Part shown: positions 1 to 9,376 of the stretch, one piece after another | Layout of the letters: every line of letters starts with the position of its first letter | Position numbering within the stretch: position 1 is the first letter of the stretch | Source of the DNA: Candidatus Staskawiczbacteria bacterium | GTDB taxonomy: Bacteria; Patescibacteriota; Minisyncoccia; Minisyncoccales; Staskawiczbacteraceae | Length of the DNA: 64,000 nt | Assembly: GCA_903928565.1 (NCBI GenBank) | Contig: CAIYRH010000010.1 | Coordinates: 41,614-105,613 of the forward strand | Reading direction: 5' to 3' | Translations under genes and position numbers: made by a program | Notes under the pieces: model-generated | What the model saw: only the letters and a program-made list of their open reading frames with translations | Told to the model about the DNA's origin: nothing | Database searches by the model: none

Positions 1-849
1 TTGCAGGTGCCAAAAAACAGAGATTGTTATGATGCTTCAGCTTGGGGTGAGAACATGGAAATGCATTACGAAACCTGTCTTAGTGGTGGAAACACTTTTA
101 ACTTAAAATTTTCTACTGATTGCTGGCCTAATTGTAAAAATTTAGAATATTGTATAAGTATGTTCAGCTCCACAGATTGTTTTGCTTGCGTTGGAATGAA
201 AAAAGCACAATATTGTATTTTAAACAAACAATACACCAAAGACGATTATTTTGCCCTTGTCGAAAAAATAAAAAAACAAATGGATGAAATGCCTTATGTT
301 GATAAAAAGGGAAGGGTGTATAAGTATGGTGAATTCTTCCCAATAGAACTTTCATGTTTTGGCTACAATAATACAACTACATTTCAATATTTTCCAATGA
401 CAAAAGAAAAAGCGGAAGAAAATGGCTACCCTTGGGTTGAAATACCTCGTGGAAAATATAATATTACTAAAAACACTTCTGACCTACCAGATGCCATTAG
501 TGATGTTGATGAAAGCATTGTTGGCGAGGTTATTGAGTGCGAAAATTGCAAAAACCCATATAAGATTTTAAACGATGAATTTAATTTTTATAAAAAGGAA
601 AAAATTCCATTGCCAACTTTGTGCGACGAATGTCGTTTTGTAAGACGCATAAGCGACAGGTTAAAATTTGAATTGTATGAAAGAGCTTGTATGTGCGCTG
701 GGGAAAAAGATGAAACCGGCAAATATAAAAATAATATAAAACATACTCATAATGACCAACATTGTGGCGAGAAGTTTAAAACTGGCTATAGCCCAGAAAG
801 AGGAGAAATAATTTATTGCGAGCAGTGTTACCAACAAGAGGTATATTAA
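1..849 (+). CDS. Cys-rich Zn-ribbon/repeat hypothetical protein, 5'-truncated by window (paralog 1)
   Basis: CFACVGMKKAQYCILNKQY, YGEFFP and terminal YCEQCYQQEVY motifs shared with the two downstream ORFs. Confidence 0.85.
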   Translation: MQVPKNRDCYDASAWGENMEMHYETCLSGGNTFNLKFSTDCWPNCKNLEYCISMFSSTDCFACVGMKKAQYCILNKQYTKDDYFALVEKIKKQMDEMPYVDKKGRVYKYGEFFPIELSCFGYNNTTTFQYFPMTKEKAEENGYPWVEIPRGKYNITKNTSDLPDAISDVDESIVGEVIECENCKNPYKILNDEFNFYKKEKIPLPTLCDECRFVRRISDRLKFELYERACMCAGEKDETGKYKNNIKHTHNDQHCGEKFKTGYSPERGEIIYCEQCYQQEVY

Positions 850-853
850 ATTT

Positions 854-2590
854 ATGGAACAAGAAACAAAAACACATTCGACAGGCTCAGTGCGGGCTTG
901 TCAAAATTGTAAACAAGACTTTAACATAGAGCCCGATGATTTTGCATTTTACGAAAAAATGAAGGTGCCGGCACCAACTTGGTGCCCAGAATGTCGGCTT
1001 ATCAAGCGCCTGCAGTGGAGAAACGAAAGGAGCCTTTTCAAAAGAAAGTGTAATTTGTGTGGTCAAGATAAAATTTTAATCTATTCTCCTGATTCTCCAT
1101 ATACAGTTTATTGTTATTCATGCTGGTGGTCCGATAAATGGGATGCCGTGTCTTATGAAAAAAATTATAATTTTTCTAAACCATTTTTTGAGCAATTTAA
1201 AGAGTTATTTTTGAAAGTTCCTCGGCTTGGGATCATCCAACAAGGTAAGAATTTAGACAGCGATTATACGAATAGAGCCAGCGACAATAAAAATTGTTAT
1301 CTTATATTCGCAGCTAATGACAACGAAAATTGTTCTTATGGAAATGTAATTTGGACATCAAAAGATAGCTTAGATAATTATAGTCTCCATTCTTCGGAAT
1401 TATGTTTTGAATGCATTAATTGTGTTGAATGTAACCGTCTGATGTACTCTCAAGAATGCAATAGTTGTACAAACTCTACATTTTTGCTTAACTGTAAAAA
1501 TTGTTCCGACTGCTTTGGGTGTGTTAATTTGCGTAATAAAAATTATTGTATTTTTAATGAACAGCTTACAAAAGAAGATTATAAAAATCGTTTAGCTGAA
1601 TTTAAATTAAACAGCAGGGATGGTGTTGAAAAAATACAACAGAAATTTGATGAGTTTAAGAAGAAGTTTATAGTTCCGGCTATTATTGAAAATCACAGCA
1701 CTGATGTTTCTGGAAATTGGATTGAAGAGTGCAAAAATGTAAAAGATAGTTTTAATTGCGGGAATGTCGAAGATGGCAAGTATTTGTTTGGAGTGTACGA
1801 GGCGAAAGATGTTATGGATTATACATATTGGGGTAGTGCGTCAGAATTAATTTATGAATGCTCTAGCATTGGTCGACAATGCTCACAAGTGCTTTTTTCT
1901 AACGAATCGTGGGATCAATTAATCCGCGCTCAATACTGCTCAAATTGTCATAGCTCTTCTGATCTATTCGGTTGTGTAGGTTTGCGTAAAAAACAGTATT
2001 GCATTTTAAATAAACAATACAGCAAAGAGGAATATAAGGAGCTTTTGCCAAAGGTTATAGAACACATGAACCAGATGCCATATAAAGATTCTTTGGGAGA
2101 GGAATGGCGTTATGGTTCGGCATTTCCGGTTGATATTCATGCTTTTGCGTATAATGAGACCGCTGCTCAAGAATATTTTCCGACTACAAAAGAGGAAGCG
2201 ATTAAAAAAGGATATAAATGGGTAGATTTTGCGGCCAAAAATTATAAAATTACTTTAAAATCAGAAGATGTGCCGAGCTCAATTGATGAAGTTGATGAAA
2301 AGATTTTGAATGAAGTTGTGGGTTGTGCTCACGAAGGGAAATGCAATCACCAATGCACCGAAGCTTTTAAAATTACCTCTAGTGATTTAAATTTTTATAA
2401 ACGTATGAATATTCCAGTTCCACAATTATGCCCAAACTGTCGTCATTTTGCCAGGCTCGCGCAACGTACTCCTATTAAACTTTTTGATCGAACTTGTGCT
2501 AAATGTGGAACAGAGATCCAAACCTCTTATGCCCCCGACAGGCTAGAGATAGTTTATTGCAAACAGTGTTATAATTTAGAGGTAGCATAA
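854..2590 (+). CDS. Cys-rich Zn-ribbon/repeat hypothetical protein (paralog 2)
   Basis: N-terminal CQNC..CPEC, two CFGCVxLRxKxYCIxNxQ repeats, C-terminal CxxC pairs. Confidence 0.88.
   Translation: MEQETKTHSTGSVRACQNCKQDFNIEPDDFAFYEKMKVPAPTWCPECRLIKRLQWRNERSLFKRKCNLCGQDKILIYSPDSPYTVYCYSCWWSDKWDAVSYEKNYNFSKPFFEQFKELFLKVPRLGIIQQGKNLDSDYTNRASDNKNCYLIFAANDNENCSYGNVIWTSKDSLDNYSLHSSELCFECINCVECNRLMYSQECNSCTNSTFLLNCKNCSDCFGCVNLRNKNYCIFNEQLTKEDYKNRLAEFKLNSRDGVEKIQQKFDEFKKKFIVPAIIENHSTDVSGNWIEECKNVKDSFNCGNVEDGKYLFGVYEAKDVMDYTYWGSASELIYECSSIGRQCSQVLFSNESWDQLIRAQYCSNCHSSSDLFGCVGLRKKQYCILNKQYSKEEYKELLPKVIEHMNQMPYKDSLGEEWRYGSAFPVDIHAFAYNETAAQEYFPTTKEEAIKKGYKWVDFAAKNYKITLKSEDVPSSIDEVDEKILNEVVGCAHEGKCNHQCTEAFKITSSDLNFYKRMNIPVPQLCPNCRHFARLAQRTPIKLFDRTCAKCGTEIQTSYAPDRLEIVYCKQCYNLEVA
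875..898 (+). repeat. 24-nt repeat inserted in frame (HSTGSVRA)
   Basis: cattcgacaggctcagtgcgggct, absent from the paralog at 2648 (ETKVCQNC vs ETKTHSTGSVRACQNC). Confidence 0.7.
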
Positions 2591-2647
2591 ATAATTAATT
2601 AGGTTAACATATGTTAACCTGACAATACACGTGACAGTACAAATAAC

Positions 2648-4342
2648 ATGGAAAATTTAAGCGAAACAAAAGTTTGTCAAAATTGTAAAAAAGACTTTGT
2701 GATTGAGCCTGATGATTTTGCATTTTACGAAAAAATGAAGGTGCCAGCACCTACCTTTTGCCCAGATTGCAGAATGATGCGACGTTTTTTGTGGGCAAGT
2801 AATAGAATTTTATATCGTCAAAAATTTGATTCTGGCGGAGAGGGAATAACGTTTTATCCTCCTGGTAATTTGCATAAAATATATTCGCAAGAAAAATGGT
2901 GGTCTGACGAATGGGACCCCAAATCTTTTGGTAGAGAATATGATTTTTCAAAATCATTTTTTGAGCAGTGGCTCGAGCTTTTCCGAGAAGTCCCACACCC
3001 AACACTTTATACCGCACAATCAACCATGTCCGAAAGTCCTTATTGTAACGGAGCCTCGGAGTTAAAAAATTGCTATCTTTGTTTTAGAAGTGATTTTAGT
3101 GAAAATTGTGCCTATACAAATACAATGTCGAGGAACAAAGATTGTTTTGATGTTGCATTTACGAACGATAGTGAGCTTAGTTACGAGTTAATAAATTCAA
3201 ACAAGTGCTACCGCGCTTTTTGGTCCCAAGATTGTGATGAGTCACATGATATTTGGTTTTCAAAAGATCTTACGGGGTGCTCTAATTGCATTGGCTGTAT
3301 TAATTTAAGGAATCAACAATATCACATACTAAATCAACCGTATACAAAAGAGGAATACATGGAAAAAATTAAAGAATTAAATTTTGGGTCTTTAGAAAAT
3401 ATAAATAATTTTAGAAAAAAAGTACAAGAATTATTTCTTACACAACCTCGCAAGCAATTTCACGGGCGAAAAAATTCGAATGTATCTGGTGATTATATTT
3501 TTAATTCAAAGAATGTGCATAATTCATATATGGGCGGTAATCTGGAAGATGTTAGATATAGCCAATTGCTAAAATCGGGTCCATCGAAAGATGCATATGA
3601 CTATACAATGTTTGGGCTTACTGCCGAGTTGATATATGAATCTGTTTGGGTTGGTCTTACTGCACGAGACGTTAAGTTTAGTTTTTGGAATTATGGCGTG
3701 CATGATTTAGAATATTGCTTTGGTTGTCATGGTTCGGGAAACCTATTTGGTTGCGTTGGGTTAAGAAACTCGGAATATTGTATTTTAAACAAACAATATA
3801 CAAAAGAAGAATATGTAGGGTTGGTTGAGAAAATAAAGAAGCAAATGGCAGAAGTTTCTTATGTTGATTCTAAAAATAATAAATATAATTACGGAGAGTT
3901 TTTTCCAGCTGAATTTTCCCCTTGGGCGTACAACGAAACAAGTGCTTTCGAATTTTTTCCAATTTCTAAAAAAGAGGCAACTGAAAAAGGTTATGCATGG
4001 CGCAACGATAATGAAAAAGATTATAAAGAAGCAACAATTTTGATTGCGGATGATATCAAAAATATTAAAAACGACATTCTTGATGGCATATTAAAATGTG
4101 ACGATTGCGGGAAGAATTATAAATTAATAAAACTTGAGCTTGATTTTTATCGTTTGGTGGGTCTTCCTATACCGAGACAATGCCCTCTTTGTCGCGATAG
4201 GGCCCGTATAAAACAATTAAATCCAATTAAAATTTTTGAGAGCAAATGTGCTAAATGCGAAAAAGATATTGAAACTTCTTATGCACTGGAGCGGCCGGAG
4301 ATTGTCTATTGCGAGAGCTGTTACAACAACGAAGTAGCATAA
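2648..4342 (+). CDS. Cys-rich Zn-ribbon/repeat hypothetical protein (paralog 3)
   Basis: Same architecture; near-identical N-terminus IEPDDFAFYEKMKVPAPT. Confidence 0.88.
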   Translation: MENLSETKVCQNCKKDFVIEPDDFAFYEKMKVPAPTFCPDCRMMRRFLWASNRILYRQKFDSGGEGITFYPPGNLHKIYSQEKWWSDEWDPKSFGREYDFSKSFFEQWLELFREVPHPTLYTAQSTMSESPYCNGASELKNCYLCFRSDFSENCAYTNTMSRNKDCFDVAFTNDSELSYELINSNKCYRAFWSQDCDESHDIWFSKDLTGCSNCIGCINLRNQQYHILNQPYTKEEYMEKIKELNFGSLENINNFRKKVQELFLTQPRKQFHGRKNSNVSGDYIFNSKNVHNSYMGGNLEDVRYSQLLKSGPSKDAYDYTMFGLTAELIYESVWVGLTARDVKFSFWNYGVHDLEYCFGCHGSGNLFGCVGLRNSEYCILNKQYTKEEYVGLVEKIKKQMAEVSYVDSKNNKYNYGEFFPAEFSPWAYNETSAFEFFPISKKEATEKGYAWRNDNEKDYKEATILIADDIKNIKNDILDGILKCDDCGKNYKLIKLELDFYRLVGLPIPRQCPLCRDRARIKQLNPIKIFESKCAKCEKDIETSYALERPEIVYCESCYNNEVA

Positions 4343-4363
4343 ATAATAAAAATATTTAATAAA

Positions 4364-5419
4364 ATGCTTAAAACAGTTAAAGAATTAAGTTTAATTAATA
4401 AGCGCATTTTGGTAAGGTGTGATTTTAATGTCCCCCTAGATGAAACTGGAGAAATTATTGATGACTTTAGAATTAAACAAACCATTCCAACTATTAAATA
4501 TTTAATAGAACAAAATTCAAAAATAATTTTAATGAGTCATTTGGGCGAGCCAAATGGTAAAATTATTCCAGAATTAAAGTTAGATAAAGTTGCCGAAAAA
4601 CTTGCGGAATATCTTAGCGTAGAAATTGCTAAAGAAGACGAAAGCGTGGGAGCCGAGGTCGAGGGGCAGAGTAATAATTTAAAGCCTGGAAAAATTTTAT
4701 TATTAGAAAATGTGCGTTTTCACCCAGAAGAAACCGAATTAGTTGACGGAGCTTGCAACATAGAATTTGCAAAAAAACTTTCTTATTTGGGCGACATTTA
4801 TGTAAATGACGCTTTTGGAGTTTGTCATAGAAACAATGCCTCTGTTGCCGGAGTGCCAGAATTTTTACCTCATTGCCAAGGCTTATTATTAGAAAAAGAA
4901 ATTACTGCATTAGATAAAATTATAAAATATCCCCAGAAACCTTTAATTGCAATTGTTGGTGGGAAAAAAGTGGAAACAAAAGTAAAATTTATAAATAACA
5001 TTTCAAAATTTGCCGACTATGTTTTAGTGAGTGGGCTTATTGCAAAAGAAATTACAGACCAAAATATTAAATTTGATTTCCCAGAAAAAATAATAATACC
5101 ATTGGGCGACTTAGACGCTCCAGACATTGATGAGGAATCAACTAAATTGTTTGAAAATAAGATATTGCAGGCGGCCACGGTTGTGTGGAATGGACCTTTT
5201 GGAAAATTCGAAGATTGCAAACATACTAAGGGCACTATTGCTATTGCCACCGCAATAATAAAAAGTAAGGCATTTTCTGTAGTTGGGGGAGGAGAAACTG
5301 TTGAATTTTTAAATAAACAGGGTATTATAAATGAGTTTGGGTGGGTTTCAACCGGTGGCGGGGCAATGCTTAGCTATTTAGCCGGAGAAAAATTGCCAGG
5401 ACTAGAGGCGTTGGAGTAA
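4364..5419 (+). CDS. pgk: Phosphoglycerate kinase
   Basis: RCDFNVP, SHLG, LLENVRF, NDAFGVCHR, WNGPFG, STGGGA motifs. Confidence 0.97.
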   Translation: MLKTVKELSLINKRILVRCDFNVPLDETGEIIDDFRIKQTIPTIKYLIEQNSKIILMSHLGEPNGKIIPELKLDKVAEKLAEYLSVEIAKEDESVGAEVEGQSNNLKPGKILLLENVRFHPEETELVDGACNIEFAKKLSYLGDIYVNDAFGVCHRNNASVAGVPEFLPHCQGLLLEKEITALDKIIKYPQKPLIAIVGGKKVETKVKFINNISKFADYVLVSGLIAKEITDQNIKFDFPEKIIIPLGDLDAPDIDEESTKLFENKILQAATVVWNGPFGKFEDCKHTKGTIAIATAIIKSKAFSVVGGGETVEFLNKQGIINEFGWVSTGGGAMLSYLAGEKLPGLEALE

Positions 5420-5427
5420 TTCGCTCG

Positions 5428-5447
5428 GCCCGCCCTGGGCGGGCTTT
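5428..5447 (+). terminator. Putative terminator hairpin
   Basis: gcccgccc-t-gggcgggc followed by ttt. Confidence 0.55.
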
Positions 5448-5462
5448 GCTTTAAATTATAAT

Positions 5463-6617
5463 ATGAAAAAAATAAAAAATTTAGAAAAAGCCGCAGAAAG
5501 GATTAAAAAAGCCGTTAATAACAAAGAACGGATTATTTTGTATGGCGACTCTGACATGGACGGCATAACCTCTGTGGTGATTGTGGAAGAAGCCATAAAA
5601 AATTTAGGGGGCCACGTTGATTATTGTTTTTTCCCAGACAGAGAAACCGATGGCTACGGCATTAATTTAAAGGCGTTAGAAATGTTAAAAGATAAAACGC
5701 CCGCTCTTTTAGTAACTCTGGACTTGGGAATAGGAAATTTAGAAGAAGTTGATATTGCAAATAAAATGGGTTTTGAAGTTATAATTGTTGACCACCACGA
5801 AACGCTATTTGGATTGCCTAAGGCCTCAATTATTGTAGACCCAAAACAAAAAGAAGATGCTTACCCATTTAAGGGTCTAGCAAATGTTGGCATTGCATAT
5901 AACCTTTGCATAGAGTTAGTTGGTGAAAATATTTCTGAAAATTTAAAAAATAGCTTTTTAGAATTAGCTGCGCTGGGAACAATTGCCGATATGGTCCCTC
6001 AAATTGAGCAAAACCAAAAAATTATTGAAGAAGGTTTAAGGTCTTTAAAAAATACTTTTCGCCCGGCTTTGAGAGTTTTCCTTGATATTTTGGGAGATGC
6101 CGCTGTTTTTTCCGATTCGTTGCCAAAAATAATTTCAGCATTAAACTCGGCTGAGTCAATAAATTTTGAAAATGAATCTTATAAATTGTTAGTTTGTTCT
6201 GACAAAAAAAAGTGCAAAGAAATGGCCGAAGAGCTTTTGAGTAGAAACCAATTTAAACAAGTTCAAATTAAAAATATTGTTAAGGAAATTGAAAGAAGAA
6301 TTGCCAGTAAACCCGATAAGCCCATAGTTTTTGAAGGCGATCCTTCGTGGAAATTAACACTGGCGGGCTCAGCGGCATCAATAATTTGCAATAAATACGA
6401 CAAACCGGCCTTTATTTTTAAAAAAATGGACAAGGAGTCTTGCGGTTCTGTTAGAAATCCGCACGTTGTAAGCTCTGTAGATGCTATGAAGTCGTGCAAT
6501 GATTTATTAATAACTTATGGTGGGCACTCTATGGCTTCTGGATTTAGAGTTAAAAACGAAAATTTAAAAGAATTTGAAAATTGCCTTAATGATTATTTTA
6601 AAACTCACAGGAATTAA
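5463..6617 (+). CDS. recJ: RecJ-like DHH/DHHA1 ssDNA exonuclease (short form)
   Basis: YGDSDMDG, PDRETDGYG, DHH, ALGTIADMV, GSVR, GGHSMASG. Confidence 0.8.
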   Translation: MKKIKNLEKAAERIKKAVNNKERIILYGDSDMDGITSVVIVEEAIKNLGGHVDYCFFPDRETDGYGINLKALEMLKDKTPALLVTLDLGIGNLEEVDIANKMGFEVIIVDHHETLFGLPKASIIVDPKQKEDAYPFKGLANVGIAYNLCIELVGENISENLKNSFLELAALGTIADMVPQIEQNQKIIEEGLRSLKNTFRPALRVFLDILGDAAVFSDSLPKIISALNSAESINFENESYKLLVCSDKKKCKEMAEELLSRNQFKQVQIKNIVKEIERRIASKPDKPIVFEGDPSWKLTLAGSAASIICNKYDKPAFIFKKMDKESCGSVRNPHVVSSVDAMKSCNDLLITYGGHSMASGFRVKNENLKEFENCLNDYFKTHRN

Positions 6618-6619
6618 AA

Positions 6620-7534
6620 ATGGCTAATCAAAAGGAAATAGAGGCAATGTACGATTGGGTGGACTATTTTCACGTTTTGAGGCTAGGAGACTACGCTGAT
6701 TTTACGTGTGCCTTATTTGATGGAGATTTTAGTAAAACATTAAATCAAGCTCAAAAAGATAAACACGAGTATGTGCTTGGCGGTTTGCATTTTAAAGCAG
6801 GCGACAGAATTTTAGATATTGGGTGCGGGTGGGGGCCAATGTTAAATTATATTAGAGAACGCGGTGGAAAAGGCGTGGGCTTTACGCTTTCAAGTGCACA
6901 AAATAAATATAATGTAAGTAAGGGTCTAGACTCTCGTTTGCAAGACTACAAAACAGTGAAGCCACAAGATGTTGGTCAATTTGACGGGGTGGTTTCAATT
7001 GGTGCGCTTGAACATTTTTGCTCTATAGAAGATTTTAAAGCAGGTAAGCAAGAAGAGATTTATAAAAACTTTTTTAAATTTTGTAGCGACGTTTTACCCA
7101 AGGGTGGGAGACTGTATTTGCACATGATGATTTGGGGTAAAAAAGTGCCAAACCCAGATAGTTTTAGTTTAAATGCTCCAGAAGGATCTGAAGAGAAAAT
7201 TATGGCACGTACTATAAAATTTTATCCTGGTTCGTGGTTGCCCGCTAGTAAAGAACAATTAATTAAATGTGCCGAGCCTTATTTCAATTTTATTTCAACA
7301 AAAAATGGACGTTTAGATTATATTGAAACGTTAAAAAGATGGGGCGACTGGTCTTCTATTTGGGGTTCGCCCATTAAAACATTTAAGGCACTTTGGGGTT
7401 ATATAAAATTGTTACCAAAACTTTTTGACCCAAATTTTAGGACGCAGTTGGCCTTCTTGCGCCATAGCGACCAGTCTGCAATTTTTAAAAAGGAAATTTT
7501 TACTCACGAAAGAATGTTTTTTGAAAAAAAATAA
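6620..7534 (+). CDS. Cyclopropane-fatty-acyl-phospholipid synthase-like SAM methyltransferase
   Basis: AQKDK, LDIGCGWG, TLSSAQ, FDGVVSIGALEH, FYPGSWLP, DYIETLKRW. Confidence 0.8.
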   Translation: MANQKEIEAMYDWVDYFHVLRLGDYADFTCALFDGDFSKTLNQAQKDKHEYVLGGLHFKAGDRILDIGCGWGPMLNYIRERGGKGVGFTLSSAQNKYNVSKGLDSRLQDYKTVKPQDVGQFDGVVSIGALEHFCSIEDFKAGKQEEIYKNFFKFCSDVLPKGGRLYLHMMIWGKKVPNPDSFSLNAPEGSEEKIMARTIKFYPGSWLPASKEQLIKCAEPYFNFISTKNGRLDYIETLKRWGDWSSIWGSPIKTFKALWGYIKLLPKLFDPNFRTQLAFLRHSDQSAIFKKEIFTHERMFFEKK

Positions 7535-7538
7535 TATT

Positions 7539-7778
7539 ATGGATGGAACTTTAAGGCAAAATATTAAAATTGGCGGGGAAGTGGACATTGTATTAAAAAA
7601 AGATCAACCAACAGGTAAAATAACTCACGGAAAAGTTAAAGACATTTTAACTGGCGATAGTCAGCACCACCGCGGAATTAAAGTAAGATTAGAAGATGGA
7701 CAAGTGGGCCGTGTGCAAAAAATTTATCCAAAATTTCCAGAAATAAACGGAGTTGAATACCAAGAAGGTTTAACATAA
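7539..7778 (+). CDS. YwbE family protein (DUF2196)
   Basis: VDIVLKKDQPTGKITHGKVKDILT...HHRGIKVRLEDGQVGRV; ATG at 7539 preferred to the upstream TTG. Confidence 0.85.
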   Translation: MDGTLRQNIKIGGEVDIVLKKDQPTGKITHGKVKDILTGDSQHHRGIKVRLEDGQVGRVQKIYPKFPEINGVEYQEGLT

Positions 7779-7785
7779 TGAACGA

Positions 7786-8229
7786 ATGAAAAAAATAATT
7801 GTTTATACAGATGGCGGAAGCAGGGGCAACCCCGGCAAGGCAGCAATTGGAGTTGTCTTTTGCAACGAAAACAACTTAGCAATAAAGAAATTTAACGAAT
7901 ATTTAGGAGATAATTTAACAAATAATGACGCGGAATATAAGGCAATTATTTTTGCACTAAAAAAATTCAAGGCGGTTTTTGGAAAAGCTTTGGCCCAAGA
8001 TACAGATTTGGAAGTAAGGGCAGACTCGGAATTAGTGGTGAAACAACTAAACGGAGACTATAGATTAACCGACCCAAAGATTCAGCAATTTTTTATTGAA
8101 ATATGGAATTTGAAATTTGATTTTAAGTCGGTTAAATTTAAACATATTTCTCGTGAAAGAAATAAAGAAGCCGACAAGATGGTAAATGAGGCGCTTGACC
8201 AAGAAGCCAGTGCTAAACCATTACTTTAG
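7786..8229 (+). CDS. rnhA: Ribonuclease HI
   Basis: YTDGGSRGNPG, TNNDAEY, DSELVV, RERNKEADKMVN. Confidence 0.93.
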   Translation: MKKIIVYTDGGSRGNPGKAAIGVVFCNENNLAIKKFNEYLGDNLTNNDAEYKAIIFALKKFKAVFGKALAQDTDLEVRADSELVVKQLNGDYRLTDPKIQQFFIEIWNLKFDFKSVKFKHISRERNKEADKMVNEALDQEASAKPLL

Positions 8230-8246
8230 GTTAATGAATAATTTTC

Positions 8247-8274
8247 TTGACAAAAGCGCGTATTTTAGTATTAT
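8247..8274 (+). promoter_or_regulatory. sigma70 promoter of rnpB
   Basis: TTGACA-16-TATTAT just upstream of the RNA 5' end. Confidence 0.7.
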
Positions 8275-8278
8275 AAAG

Positions 8279-8640
8279 GTGTCTTAGCAAGATGAGTGAT
8301 TGCTCTAAACGCAAGTTTGGAGAGGAAAGTCCGAACACCAACGTCCCTCACGGGAGTTAAAATAATAGCGGCTAACGGCCGTCCGCAGTAATGCGCGAGG
8401 TGCGAACAGAAACGCCGAGCTCGAAAGAGTGAGGCGCCCGGTCGTATGACCGGGCGATTCCAATTGCAAGATTGGACTGAAACGGCTAAATCCTTATTGG
8501 GCGCAAGAACAAAGCAGAAAATTGGGTTAAATACATCTCGAGATTCTGTTAAAAGTAGTTCGCTTGATTCCGGCAGTAATGTCGTGAACAGACAGATAAT
8601 CACATAATACAAAATTCGGCTTATAGTCTTGCTAAGACAC
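8279..8640 (+). ncRNA. rnpB: RNase P RNA
   Basis: GAGGAAAGTCCG and ACAAAATTCGGCTTA conserved regions; P1 stem gtgtcttagcaaga/tcttgctaagacac. Confidence 0.95.
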
Positions 8641-8669
8641 AAAAAAATCGACAATCGTCGGTTTTTTTG
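8641..8669 (+). terminator. Intrinsic terminator after rnpB
   Basis: aaaaaaatcgac-aatc-gtcggttttttt. Confidence 0.7.
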
Positions 8670-8701
8670 TTAATATAAATCATTATTTAACTCATCAAGT
8701 T

Positions 8702-9376
8702 ATGAATGCAATTAAAGAGGTTAATGGTCTAACTTTTGAACGCAGAGCGGTAAAAACTCGCTTGTTAAATTTTGGTGATGATTTATTACAAGCTATACAA
8801 GAATATGTTTTGCCACTAAAACAAGAGGGCGATTGGTTGGCAATATCGGAGAAGGTTGTTTCGGTTTGTCAAAATAATGTGCGGCACATTAACACTGTAA
8901 AAGCGGGTTGGCTAGCTACTACAATTGTTAAATATGTTAAAAAGTATCCAAAAGATATTGGCTATTCACGTGCAGAAAAAATGCAAGTTGCGGTGGAAAT
9001 GGCCGGGCGCCCTAGAATGGTTTTAGCAATAATTTTAGGAGTGTTGGGTAAAGCAGTGGGCATTAAGGGTGTTTTTTGGATGGTGGCAGGCAATAGGGTC
9101 TCCGAAATTGACGGCTTTAACCCCGATGCAATGTGGCCTTATACAGAATATGCAATTTTGCCTCCAAAAAATCCCCAACAACTTTGTAACAACATAGAAC
9201 AAAAATTGAAAATTCCAACGGTTATTATTGATGGCAATAACATAAACGTAAAAATTATTTCAATGAGCAGGGGAGTGCCAGTAAATAAAAAAATGGCCAG
9301 ATTGTCTTTGCTAGACAACCCAATGGGACAAGACGATGAAATGACGCCATTTATTTTAGTCCATAAAAATGTTTAA
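8702..9376 (+). CDS. Coenzyme F420:L-glutamate ligase (CofE)-like protein
   Basis: AISEKVVS, IDG, LPPKNP, VIIDGN, DNPMGQDDEMTP motifs typical of the F420_ligase fold. Confidence 0.7.
   Translation: MNAIKEVNGLTFERRAVKTRLLNFGDDLLQAIQEYVLPLKQEGDWLAISEKVVSVCQNNVRHINTVKAGWLATTIVKYVKKYPKDIGYSRAEKMQVAVEMAGRPRMVLAIILGVLGKAVGIKGVFWMVAGNRVSEIDGFNPDAMWPYTEYAILPPKNPQQLCNNIEQKLKIPTVIIDGNNINVKIISMSRGVPVNKKMARLSLLDNPMGQDDEMTPFILVHKNV

Noticed and set aside
7425..7538. N-terminal extensions given by the ORF track (also 22660, 23576, 32459, 36143, 46516)
   Set aside because: They overlap upstream genes or promoters; family similarity begins at the downstream ATGs.
8271..8654. 127-aa minus-strand ORF
   Set aside because: Antisense shadow of the RNase P RNA.
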